From positions 1 through 34,268 of the IMG/VR virus record IMGVR_UViG_3300029286_000145: 34,268 nt of DNA. One strand, given 5' to 3'. The notes under the pieces are model-generated. The model saw nothing but the letters and a program-made list of their open reading frames with translations. It was not told the DNA's origin and did not search any database. Each line of letters begins with the position of its first letter. The first letter of the stretch is position 1. Below, piece by piece: positions 17,983 to 25,843 of the stretch. Made by a program: the position numbers and the translations under genes. The DNA comes from a virus (Duplodnaviria > Caudoviricetes).

Positions 17983-20384
17983 AAAAGATATTACGAAATA
18001 TTATATATTTTTTAATTGAAAAATTAGAAAAAATTGAATATAAAAATGAAAAACTTGATGAAAATGATCCGTTAAAAAAAGTTTTGAATGTATTACCATT
18101 AAAAGATTTGTTAGTAGAAACTGATTATGGTTTTGTACCAATAGAAGAAATAAATTTAACACAACCATATACATCTTATAAATTAGAATTAGAAAATGGA
18201 ATAAAAATGAACTGTGCAGATGTTCATGCTGTTTTTTGTGATGGTCATATAATTAAATTTGTAAAAGATTTAACATTAAATGATATAATTATAACGAAAA
18301 AAGGAAATTCAAAAGTAAAATATATTACTAAATCCAATCATAAAGTGTCTATGTTTGATTTATCATTAAACTCGAATGAACATAGTTATTATACAAATGA
18401 TATATTAAGTTTAAATACTGTTTCTGCGGCTATTGTTATGTTGTGGACAGTTTTATTCAACAAAGATAAAGGTGTCATGGTTGTAGCTAACAAATCTACA
18501 ACTGTTAAGGAAATTGTAAGGAAGATTAAAGATATTTACAAACTTTTACCTTTCTTCTTAAAGACTGGTATTGTAAACTGGAACGAAAAAACACTAGCTT
18601 TTGAAAATGGTAGTCGTATTCAATCCGAAAATAGAACAAAAGAACCTGCTATCGGTTTTACCATTGACTTATTATATCTTGATGAGTTTGCAAAAATTCC
18701 AGATAATATTGTTAGAGCGTATTACGCATCTGTAGTACCAACCGTATCATCAATATCCAATTCAAAAATTATAATTACATCAACACCTGACGGTCATAAT
18801 TTATTCTATGAATTATTAAGAGATGCAGAATTACCGGAAGGTGATATTCACAAAAATCCATATAAATCTCTTAAAGTTTATTGGTTCCAAATCAAAGGTA
18901 GAAGAGATACAAAAATAAAATTTATTGATGAAAAACTTCAGAAATATGGATTAACAGAAGATTATGTTTTAAATTATTTGAGAAATGAATTAGAATATAA
19001 ACTTTATGATAAGGTTGTTGATGGTAAAGTTTGTCATTATATCAAATGGTATGAAGATGATGAAAAAACACCAATGATAAAAGCGGACATAATAGATATT
19101 CGTTCAATAAGAATAGAAAGTAAAATGATGATTGATAATGGAATTGAAGAAATATTTGAAGTTCCATTACCAGAAATATGTTTCATAACAAATTGGCAAG
19201 AAGAAGAAACAAATCTTATTGGTGGTGAAGGTAAATTCGATCAGGAATACGGATTACAATTTATTACAGATGGTAATTTATTATTTGATAGTGCTGTATT
19301 TGAAACATTCCTTAACAACGAAACTAAATTTTCACCTTTAGAAATTCCATCATTTGAAAATAAACTTAAATATCCTTATTCAGATTTAAAATGGATAGAA
19401 AATAGACCAGACTTATTTGATATTCGACTAGCGAAAAATTATGATATTTTTGTCGGTATTGATATGGGTGAAGGATTGGGTCAGAATTATACTGTCATAA
19501 GTATATTTAGATTAATGATGAAAGACAAAGACACTATTAATAAGAAAAAATTCATGTATGAAAATAAATATGATCTTTTTAAATTAGAACAAATAGGTGT
19601 TTTCCAAAACAATATTTACAATCCGAATGAAATTGCACATATTTTATATTTAATAGCTTTTGAATTATTTGATCATGAAAGAGTTAAAATAGTTATTGAA
19701 AAGAACAAGAATTTAGGTGATCGTCTTTTAGATAATTTAAAACACGTTTTCAATGATATAAACAATTATGGTGATTCTATATTTGTTCGTTACAAACAAA
19801 ATGAAACTGATGATTATTTAACTGTCGGATTCCTTGTTAAAAGTGGAGAAAAGGGTAAAAAGATGATGTTAAAGGATTTCCAAGATGTAATCAAAAAGGA
19901 TGCTATGATTTTAAGACATAGTGGAACCATAGGTGAATTAAGTTCTTTCTCCAAAAAAGAATTAGCTAACGGAGAAGTTACATTCAAATCTCAAAGTGGT
20001 ACTGATGACTGTGTAATGGCAATCATAAACTTAGCAACTATTTACAGACATACAGATTACAAAAATATCATTGATACATATCTTGATTTCAGATCAACCG
20101 ATGTTGAAAAGGAAATTGTAAAGAATTTCATGGAAATCACACCTTATGAAAATAATGTAAACTACAAATCATTTAGAATGGCTAGAAAACAATTTATAAA
20201 TAAAGTTGATATGTTGTCAAAAGCTAAACCAAATAATCCTTGGCAGAATAATAATACGGATGAAGTACTTAGAATGAACCCTTGGAAACAAGCAGATCCT
20301 TGGTCTAAAAGAGATGAAGAAAAGAAAAATCCATTGTTCTGGCCAAATTCACAAAAAATTAAATTTTGGCCAAAAGGTGATTAA
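17979..20384 (+). CDS. terL: C-half of the split intein (to Asn at 18414-18416) plus terminase large subunit C-terminal part
   Basis: ATGA-coupled start. Intein blocks CADVH, MFDLS, YYTNDILSLN|T. Then Walker B LYLDEFA, ITSTPDG, nuclease GIDMGEG and DDCVMA. Confidence 0.92.
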   Translation: MKKILRNIIYFLIEKLEKIEYKNEKLDENDPLKKVLNVLPLKDLLVETDYGFVPIEEINLTQPYTSYKLELENGIKMNCADVHAVFCDGHIIKFVKDLTLNDIIITKKGNSKVKYITKSNHKVSMFDLSLNSNEHSYYTNDILSLNTVSAAIVMLWTVLFNKDKGVMVVANKSTTVKEIVRKIKDIYKLLPFFLKTGIVNWNEKTLAFENGSRIQSENRTKEPAIGFTIDLLYLDEFAKIPDNIVRAYYASVVPTVSSISNSKIIITSTPDGHNLFYELLRDAELPEGDIHKNPYKSLKVYWFQIKGRRDTKIKFIDEKLQKYGLTEDYVLNYLRNELEYKLYDKVVDGKVCHYIKWYEDDEKTPMIKADIIDIRSIRIESKMMIDNGIEEIFEVPLPEICFITNWQEEETNLIGGEGKFDQEYGLQFITDGNLLFDSAVFETFLNNETKFSPLEIPSFENKLKYPYSDLKWIENRPDLFDIRLAKNYDIFVGIDMGEGLGQNYTVISIFRLMMKDKDTINKKKFMYENKYDLFKLEQIGVFQNNIYNPNEIAHILYLIAFELFDHERVKIVIEKNKNLGDRLLDNLKHVFNDINNYGDSIFVRYKQNETDDYLTVGFLVKSGEKGKKMMLKDFQDVIKKDAMILRHSGTIGELSSFSKKELANGEVTFKSQSGTDDCVMAIINLATIYRHTDYKNIIDTYLDFRSTDVEKEIVKNFMEITPYENNVNYKSFRMARKQFINKVDMLSKAKPNNPWQNNNTDEVLRMNPWKQADPWSKRDEEKKNPLFWPNSQKIKFWPKGD

Positions 20385-20479
20385 TTTTTCAAACTTTTTG
20401 TTTTTTTATTACTAAAAAAGTATTATATTTAATGAAAATGGAAAAAACACACATTTTTTCCCCAATATATAAAATAAAT

Positions 20480-20584
20480 TGTAGTAGCAAAAGATAGGGT
20501 TACTTCGGTTCTAATTGGTTCAACTCCAATAGAAAGCTGGTGAAAACCTCGCTTTTTATAATACCCTCCTTAAAATTCTCTACA
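20480..20584 (+). ncRNA. Y-RNA-like structured RNA 1 with a tRNA T-arm mimic
   Basis: Ends pair TGTAG/CTACA and AGGGT/ACCCT. Carries TAGCAA and GTTACTTCG. Internal ATTGG-TTCAACT-CCAAT arm and GGT-GAAA-ACC hairpin. AATATATA at 20464. Confidence 0.7.
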
Positions 20585-20651
20585 TTATTTTTAAACTTTT
20601 ATATTTTTTTGAAATATAAATAAAAACGTTCTTAATTTTAATGGAATAAAA

Positions 20652-20723
20652 AAGGTAGCAATAAAAGAGTTACTTCGAGGGGATTCCCCTAACAAACAAG
20701 ACACTCTTTTAAAATTACTCCTT
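20652..20723 (+). ncRNA. Y-RNA-like structured RNA 2 (minimal form)
   Basis: AAGG/CCTT and perfect 9-bp TAAAAGAGT/ACTCTTTTA stems; TAGCAA and GTTACTTCG motifs; single AGGGG-ATT-CCCCT hairpin. Confidence 0.68.
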
Positions 20724-20736
20724 AATAATATTTACT

Positions 20737-20965
20737 GATGATAGTAAGATATAGTGTTACTTCGTAAACATGAAAGGCTGGAAACGGCCATTAATGGTTA
20801 TCATCTTCGGATGATGATTGAGTGATCGAACACATAAAAATCGAGGTTATGACAACCTATGTCAAGGTTCCGATAAACCACAAAATCGGGGTTGAAAAGT
20901 GACTTTAATCGAGTCACATTTAGTGAAAACCTAAATTTCACAACTCACTTATCATTTTCTTCATC
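20737..20965 (+). ncRNA. Y-RNA-like structured RNA 3 (long, multi-hairpin form)
   Basis: GATGA/TCATC and GATA-AGTG/CACT-TATC closing stems; TAGTAA and GTTACTTCG. Internal GGCTG-GAAA-CGGCC, C(UUCG)G-capped, GTGACT/AGTCAC and ATTTAG/CTAAAT hairpins. Confidence 0.7.
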
Positions 20966-20974
20966 TATATTACC

Positions 20975-21015
20975 AAAAGGACTACTGAATTAATTTTCTC
21001 TAGTCCTTTTTTTTT
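20975..21015 (+). terminator. Terminator-like hairpin between the ncRNA array and the TROVE gene
   Basis: AAAAGGACTA-N16-TAGTCCTTTT running into a 9-T tract; loop is long for a terminator. Confidence 0.65.
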
Positions 21016-21046
21016 ATCAACAAACAAAAAAAAAGAAAGGATTATT

Positions 21047-22645
21047 ATGTCAAAATTCAATGCAAAAAAGACAGTTAGTTCACAAATTACAACTAACTTC
21101 GCAGGTGGTGAAGCTTTCAAGGAATCAAACAAACTTGAATTGGTTTCCCTATTATTAACTTCATTCGCACAGAATTCTTTCTATCAGAAAGAAGAACAAA
21201 CAAATAACAGGTTAATTGATCTTATTAATAAGAATAAACCTGATTTCGTAGCAAAATCTGCAATTTTTGCTCGTAATGAATTTGGTATGAGATCTATATC
21301 ACACATTACCGCAGCTGAATTAGCTAAACACTTGTCAAGTGTACCTTGGGCAAAAAGTTTCTACAATAAAATTGTTCGTCGTCCAGATGATATGATGGAA
21401 ATTTTAGCTTATTACACTAGTAAGGGTAATAAAATTACAAACTCAATGAAAAAGGGTTTTGCTGAAGCTATGAGTCGTTTTGATTCATACCAGTTGGGAA
21501 AATATCGTGGTGAAGGTAAAGATTTCAAATTGGTTGATATTGCAAACCTTGTTCACCCAGTTCCAACTGAAGGTGAAAAATATATGGTTGATGTTGACCG
21601 TAAGGAATACATTGAAATTCTTTCAAAGAAAATATCTTTGAAGAAAAAAGGTGACAAGAAAGAATTAGAAACTAAACTTAATTGGGCAAAATCCCAAGAA
21701 GGTGAAACTATTAAAATTCACGCTCTTGAAGCACTTGTAATCGATTTACTCCGTAGTAAGGACACTGTTGCTTCTGAATTATCAAAAGCTGGTCAAAAGG
21801 CTAATAGTTCAGTTGAAAAAGAAGACCTTAAGAAAGATGTTTGGGTAAAACTTCTAAGTGAACGTAAAATCGGTTATATGTCTTTATTGATGAATTTAAG
21901 GAATATTGTCGAACAAGCACCAGAAATGATTGATGTTGCTTGTGAACTTTTAACTGATAAAAAGTTAATCAAGAACTCTTTGGTTCTACCATTTAGATAT
22001 CTTGTAGCTTACAATGAATTGTCGAACTTAGGTGCTTCCAATTCGAAATTCAGAAAAGTTTTAACAGCAATCAATGAAGCAGCTGAAATAGCTTTAGATA
22101 ATATTCCAAAATTCGATGGTGAAACATTAGTAGTTTTAGATACTTCCGGTTCAATGACCGGGGCTCGTTTAGCAAAAAGTCAAATCACATGTGCACAAGC
22201 TGGTGCTCAATTCGCCGCCGCTATCGCAAAACGTAATGGTTGTGATTTGATGAGATTTGATGATAATGCATCTTATGTGAAATACAATCCAGCTGATAGT
22301 TTAATGACTGTTACAAATGTATATAGATTCGCTAGTGCTGGTACCAATTTTCACAGTATTTTTAAAACTGCAAACAAAGCTTACGATAGGATAATAATTC
22401 TATCTGATATGGCTGGTTGGGTTGGTGGAAATGCACCGACAAGTACTTTCAGAGAATATTGTAGAAAGTACAATTGTCAACCACATATCTATTCCTTCGA
22501 TCTTCAAGGATATGGAACTTTACAATTTCCTGAAAACAAAGTTTACGCTATGGCAGGATTTTCGGATAAAGTTTTCGAATTAATGACTCTACTTGAAAAA
22601 GACAGACAATCATTAATAAACCAAATCGAAAAAATAGAATTATAA
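21047..22645 (+). CDS. Ro60/Rsr-like TROVE + vWA RNA-binding protein
   Basis: TTNFAGGEAF, ARNEFGMRS, RPDD, FDSYQLGKY, GYMSLLMNLRNI, VLPFRY; vWA MIDAS DTSGSM; GTNF; IIILSD; GFSDKVF. Confidence 0.93.
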   Translation: MSKFNAKKTVSSQITTNFAGGEAFKESNKLELVSLLLTSFAQNSFYQKEEQTNNRLIDLINKNKPDFVAKSAIFARNEFGMRSISHITAAELAKHLSSVPWAKSFYNKIVRRPDDMMEILAYYTSKGNKITNSMKKGFAEAMSRFDSYQLGKYRGEGKDFKLVDIANLVHPVPTEGEKYMVDVDRKEYIEILSKKISLKKKGDKKELETKLNWAKSQEGETIKIHALEALVIDLLRSKDTVASELSKAGQKANSSVEKEDLKKDVWVKLLSERKIGYMSLLMNLRNIVEQAPEMIDVACELLTDKKLIKNSLVLPFRYLVAYNELSNLGASNSKFRKVLTAINEAAEIALDNIPKFDGETLVVLDTSGSMTGARLAKSQITCAQAGAQFAAAIAKRNGCDLMRFDDNASYVKYNPADSLMTVTNVYRFASAGTNFHSIFKTANKAYDRIIILSDMAGWVGGNAPTSTFREYCRKYNCQPHIYSFDLQGYGTLQFPENKVYAMAGFSDKVFELMTLLEKDRQSLINQIEKIEL

Positions 22646-22671
22646 AATTTTTAATTTTATTTTTACCAAAC

Positions 22672-22695
22672 AAGGGGGATTATTCCCCTTTTTTT
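22672..22695 (+). terminator. Intrinsic terminator after TROVE
   Basis: AAGGGG-GATTATT-CCCCTT followed by a T tract. Confidence 0.8.
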
Positions 22696-22770
22696 GTTTA
22701 TTTAATTTCATAATATAAAAATAAAAATTGACATTATGAAATTAATATATACAAACAAAAACAAAAATAC

Positions 22771-23403
22771 ATGGAAACTAAATCAAAAAATCAACAAAAT
22801 TTAAATGAAGAAAAGAAAAATAAAAGAAAAATTTATATAAAAGAATGGATAAAAAATAATCCAGATAAAATAAAAACATATTCTAAACCAGAAAAAACAA
22901 AAAAATATGAAAAAAAGAAAATTCTCACCAACGAAGAAAAAGAGAAAAAAAGAATATATCTTAAAGAGTGGAGAAAAAATAATCCAGATAAAATAAAAAA
23001 TCATTACATCAAAAATTATTTAAATAATAAAGAAAAAATATTAGAAATTAATAAAACATATCAAGAAAATAACAAAGAAAAAATAGAATTGTATAAGAAA
23101 AAATGGGCTGAAGAAAAATATGATACATTGAGATTACAATGTTTAATTAAACTAGGTTTTAAATGTAAAAAATGTGGAAATGAAGATCTAAGAGTATTTG
23201 CTATAGATCATGTAAACGGTGGTGGTGTAAAAGAATTGAAAAATAAAAATAGTATAAAATATTATAAAAAAGTTTTAGAAGATACCGAAAATAATTATCA
23301 ACTGCTTTGTCATAATTGTAATTGGATAAAAAGATGGGAAAATGGTGAAATTAGAATATCTAAAATATATTATGATTATATGAAAGAAAAAGGTATAATT
23401 TAA
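22771..23403 (+). CDS. HNH-family endonuclease, probably homing
   Basis: Lys-rich repeats (KEWxKxNPDKIK twice), then CKKC...IDHVNGGG...YQLLCHNCN. Confidence 0.82.
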   Translation: METKSKNQQNLNEEKKNKRKIYIKEWIKNNPDKIKTYSKPEKTKKYEKKKILTNEEKEKKRIYLKEWRKNNPDKIKNHYIKNYLNNKEKILEINKTYQENNKEKIELYKKKWAEEKYDTLRLQCLIKLGFKCKKCGNEDLRVFAIDHVNGGGVKELKNKNSIKYYKKVLEDTENNYQLLCHNCNWIKRWENGEIRISKIYYDYMKEKGII

Positions 23404-23411
23404 AATCTAAA

Positions 23412-23445
23412 AAGAAAAATGGGTGAAATTTTCACCCCTTTTTTT
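23412..23445. terminator. Bidirectional terminator between convergent genes
   Basis: GGGTGAA-ATT-TTCACCC flanked by A and T tracts. Confidence 0.75.
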
Positions 23446-23448
23446 ATT

Positions 23449-23799
23449 TCATTCATGACTATGTAAACCATGACCACCCGCAGGGTCTAACTCATCATCA
23501 TCCCATATATCCCATTCACCTTCATTTTCTTCCACATCATTTTTAATTTCATTTCCTTCAATATCTATTTGCCATGAATTTCCATGATCGGATACAAACC
23601 AAAGATTAGGATAATAACCATTATCATCCATCCATTTCTTTACAAATTTTAGTGCATCATCCATTTCAATAAAATCACCAAGAAATTTACCCTCACAACC
23701 AACACTATATTTATATCCATTTGAAGATATTACACAACTATCCTCATCCGGTCCGTTACTTTCATTTATTTTAATAAACTCACTAAATTTCTTTATCAT
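23449..23799 (-). CDS. Acidic hypothetical protein with capsid-targeting-like N-terminus
   Basis: MIKKFSEFIKINES; AATATATA upstream on the minus strand (23823-23830). Confidence 0.75.
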   Translation of the reverse strand: MIKKFSEFIKINESNGPDEDSCVISSNGYKYSVGCEGKFLGDFIEMDDALKFVKKWMDDNGYYPNLWFVSDHGNSWQIDIEGNEIKNDVEENEGEWDIWDDDELDPAGGHGLHSHE

Positions 23800-23848
23800 A
23801 ACAAACTTTATTATTTTTTATGTATATATTAATTATAAAATACCAATT

Positions 23849-24094
23849 ATGAAAAACAAAACTAGAAAAATTATAATCAACGAAGAAACTTGGGTTTGGA
23901 TTGTAAGTTCAGGTCAATTTGGTAATGTAGAAGAAGTTAGGATATATTCACCTGACAGAAAACTTTTCAGAATAAAAGCGGAAGATATTACAAGTGAAAC
24001 AAAATTTGTTGGATTAGAAGGTGATTTACCATTTACAGTAAAACCTAGCCATATCAAAAATTATATTGAAAAGAAATTATTACATATACATTAA
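23849..24094 (+). CDS. Hypothetical protein
   Basis: 81-aa ORF ending 3 bp before the ATP-grasp gene. Confidence 0.7.
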   Translation: MKNKTRKIIINEETWVWIVSSGQFGNVEEVRIYSPDRKLFRIKAEDITSETKFVGLEGDLPFTVKPSHIKNYIEKKLLHIH

Positions 24095-24097
24095 TTT

Positions 24098-24859
24098 ATG
24101 TATTACATAGTTCAAGAAAGACTTTATAAAGAAGATGAATGGGATGTTCTTATCGATTCATTAGAAAGATTAGAATTAGATTATGAAGTTGTAAAATTAA
24201 GACCTTTCATTGATGATATTGAATTTGAAACAGATAGAAAAGATGTTTTCTGTTTTGGTGCTCTGAAAATGGCAAGAATTTCACCTAAATATGGTTGGAA
24301 ACCGGGTTGTATTATGACACCGAATCATGATTTTATGGTTTACAGAAAACATTATAAAAACAATTTATTAAATTATGACAGTACTATACATAATTTTGGG
24401 GATTTGGTTCTTCATAGGGATTCTTTTGTTAGGCCGACTCTTGACACAAAAACATTCACAGGAAAAATATTCACTCCCCAAGAATGGGAAGAGTTTAAGG
24501 AATACAGTTTTAAAAACGGACACACTACGACATTATCTAAAGAAACAGAAATTCAAGTAGCTTCTATAAAAAATATTCAAAAAGAATTTAGATTTTATAT
24601 TGTTAACGGTGAAATAATTACAGGTAGTCTTTATAGAACAGGATGTTTCATTAATTATAGTGATATTATAGATGATGGTGCTATTGAATATTGTAAAGAA
24701 ATGATAAAAATATTTCAACTTGCTGATGCTTTTGTAATGGATATTTGTTTAACAGATGGAGAATGGAAAATAATTGAATGTGGAACAATAAATTGTTGTG
24801 GTTTATATAAAGCTAATATTCCTAAATTGTTAATAGCTTTAGAAGATTATTTTAACTAA
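24098..24859 (+). CDS. ATP-grasp domain protein (DUF4343/R2K-like)
   Basis: LLN, FVRP..DTK.FTG, EFRFYIVNGEIITGSLY, AFVMDI...WKIIEC...GLY. Confidence 0.8.
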   Translation: MYYIVQERLYKEDEWDVLIDSLERLELDYEVVKLRPFIDDIEFETDRKDVFCFGALKMARISPKYGWKPGCIMTPNHDFMVYRKHYKNNLLNYDSTIHNFGDLVLHRDSFVRPTLDTKTFTGKIFTPQEWEEFKEYSFKNGHTTTLSKETEIQVASIKNIQKEFRFYIVNGEIITGSLYRTGCFINYSDIIDDGAIEYCKEMIKIFQLADAFVMDICLTDGEWKIIECGTINCCGLYKANIPKLLIALEDYFN

Positions 24860-25241
24860 TAGTTACTTTTTTAGATCTATAATCAATTTCAACATCATCC
24901 GGACAAACACCACCATCTTTTTTAAATTCAATTTGTGAATCTATTGTCCAATCTTTAAAATCGTGTGAATCTGTATCAAAATAAATTATATCTTCTACAC
25001 CATCTTCAAAATTATATTCGATTTGACACCAAACTTTAATGACACCCAAATTCATAGATTTTATTCTATCATTTCTCATTTCTGGTTCTAATATCCAACT
25101 TACTGTTGCGGATGATGTAGTTATATCCGCATCATCTTGTCTATTCAATGACTCTTCCAAACCATAAACGGTAACAGAATTAACGTCAGTTTTAAAACTA
25201 TATTCACTTGATTCATTAATAAATTGTACAAACTTCTTCAT
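24852..25241 (-). CDS. Hypothetical protein with capsid-targeting-like N-terminus
   Basis: MKKFVQFINES; AATATATA upstream on the minus strand (25263-25270). Confidence 0.75.
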   Translation of the reverse strand: MKKFVQFINESSEYSFKTDVNSVTVYGLEESLNRQDDADITTSSATVSWILEPEMRNDRIKSMNLGVIKVWCQIEYNFEDGVEDIIYFDTDSHDFKDWTIDSQIEFKKDGGVCPDDVEIDYRSKKVTIS

Positions 25242-25312
25242 AATTGATATTTTGATTTCATTTATATATTAAAAAATAAAAACAAAGTTCTTAAAACTCA
25301 ATATAAAACTCA

Positions 25313-25843
25313 ATGGACAATTATTATATAGATTACAAAGACGGTTATTATATAAGTATTATTTCAATAGACGGTTATCCAAAATATTTTATTATTGTGG
25401 GTGATGATGTACCCAGATTTAGACATGAAATACCAGCTAATAGTTGGATAAAAGTAAGTTCTTTAAAATATTACATTGAATTTCAAACACATATTTATGG
25501 TTGGAATGAAAATAATATGGTTTTATTGAAAAAAGAATATTTCGATATCAACGGAAAAAATGTTCTTTTCAATATGAATCCATCCAATATTAATGATTTA
25601 GATATTTGGATAAATTATATTGAAGATTTTTGTAAATTAAAAAATTGTAAACCATTATACAAGATTAATGATTTTATATTCGATAAAAATAAATACAACA
25701 TCAATTATTATACTGATCAAGATTATTATACATCATATCCAATTTCTTGGGTTGATGATTTAAGTATAAATCCGAAAGGTATTGATATGAATTCATATGA
25801 ACTAATAAATAACGTATTTAATCATGAAAATAATTGGATTTAA
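25313..25843 (+). CDS. Hypothetical protein, weakly reminiscent of the N-terminal part of Aah/TibC-type glycosyltransferases
   Basis: KYYIEF...DINGKNVLF...DLDIWINYIEDFCKLKNCK; resemblance judged by eye only. Confidence 0.5.
   Translation: MDNYYIDYKDGYYISIISIDGYPKYFIIVGDDVPRFRHEIPANSWIKVSSLKYYIEFQTHIYGWNENNMVLLKKEYFDINGKNVLFNMNPSNINDLDIWINYIEDFCKLKNCKPLYKINDFIFDKNKYNINYYTDQDYYTSYPISWVDDLSINPKGIDMNSYELINNVFNHENNWI

Noticed and set aside
20508-20560. A bona fide tRNA gene
   Set aside because: Only a T-arm-like element is present; no anticodon arm, cloverleaf order or CCA end.
20480-20965. GTTACTTCG repeats as a CRISPR array
   Set aside because: The conserved part is only 9-11 nt, spacing is irregular (about 170 and 87 nt), the units fold by end-to-end pairing, and no cas genes are present.
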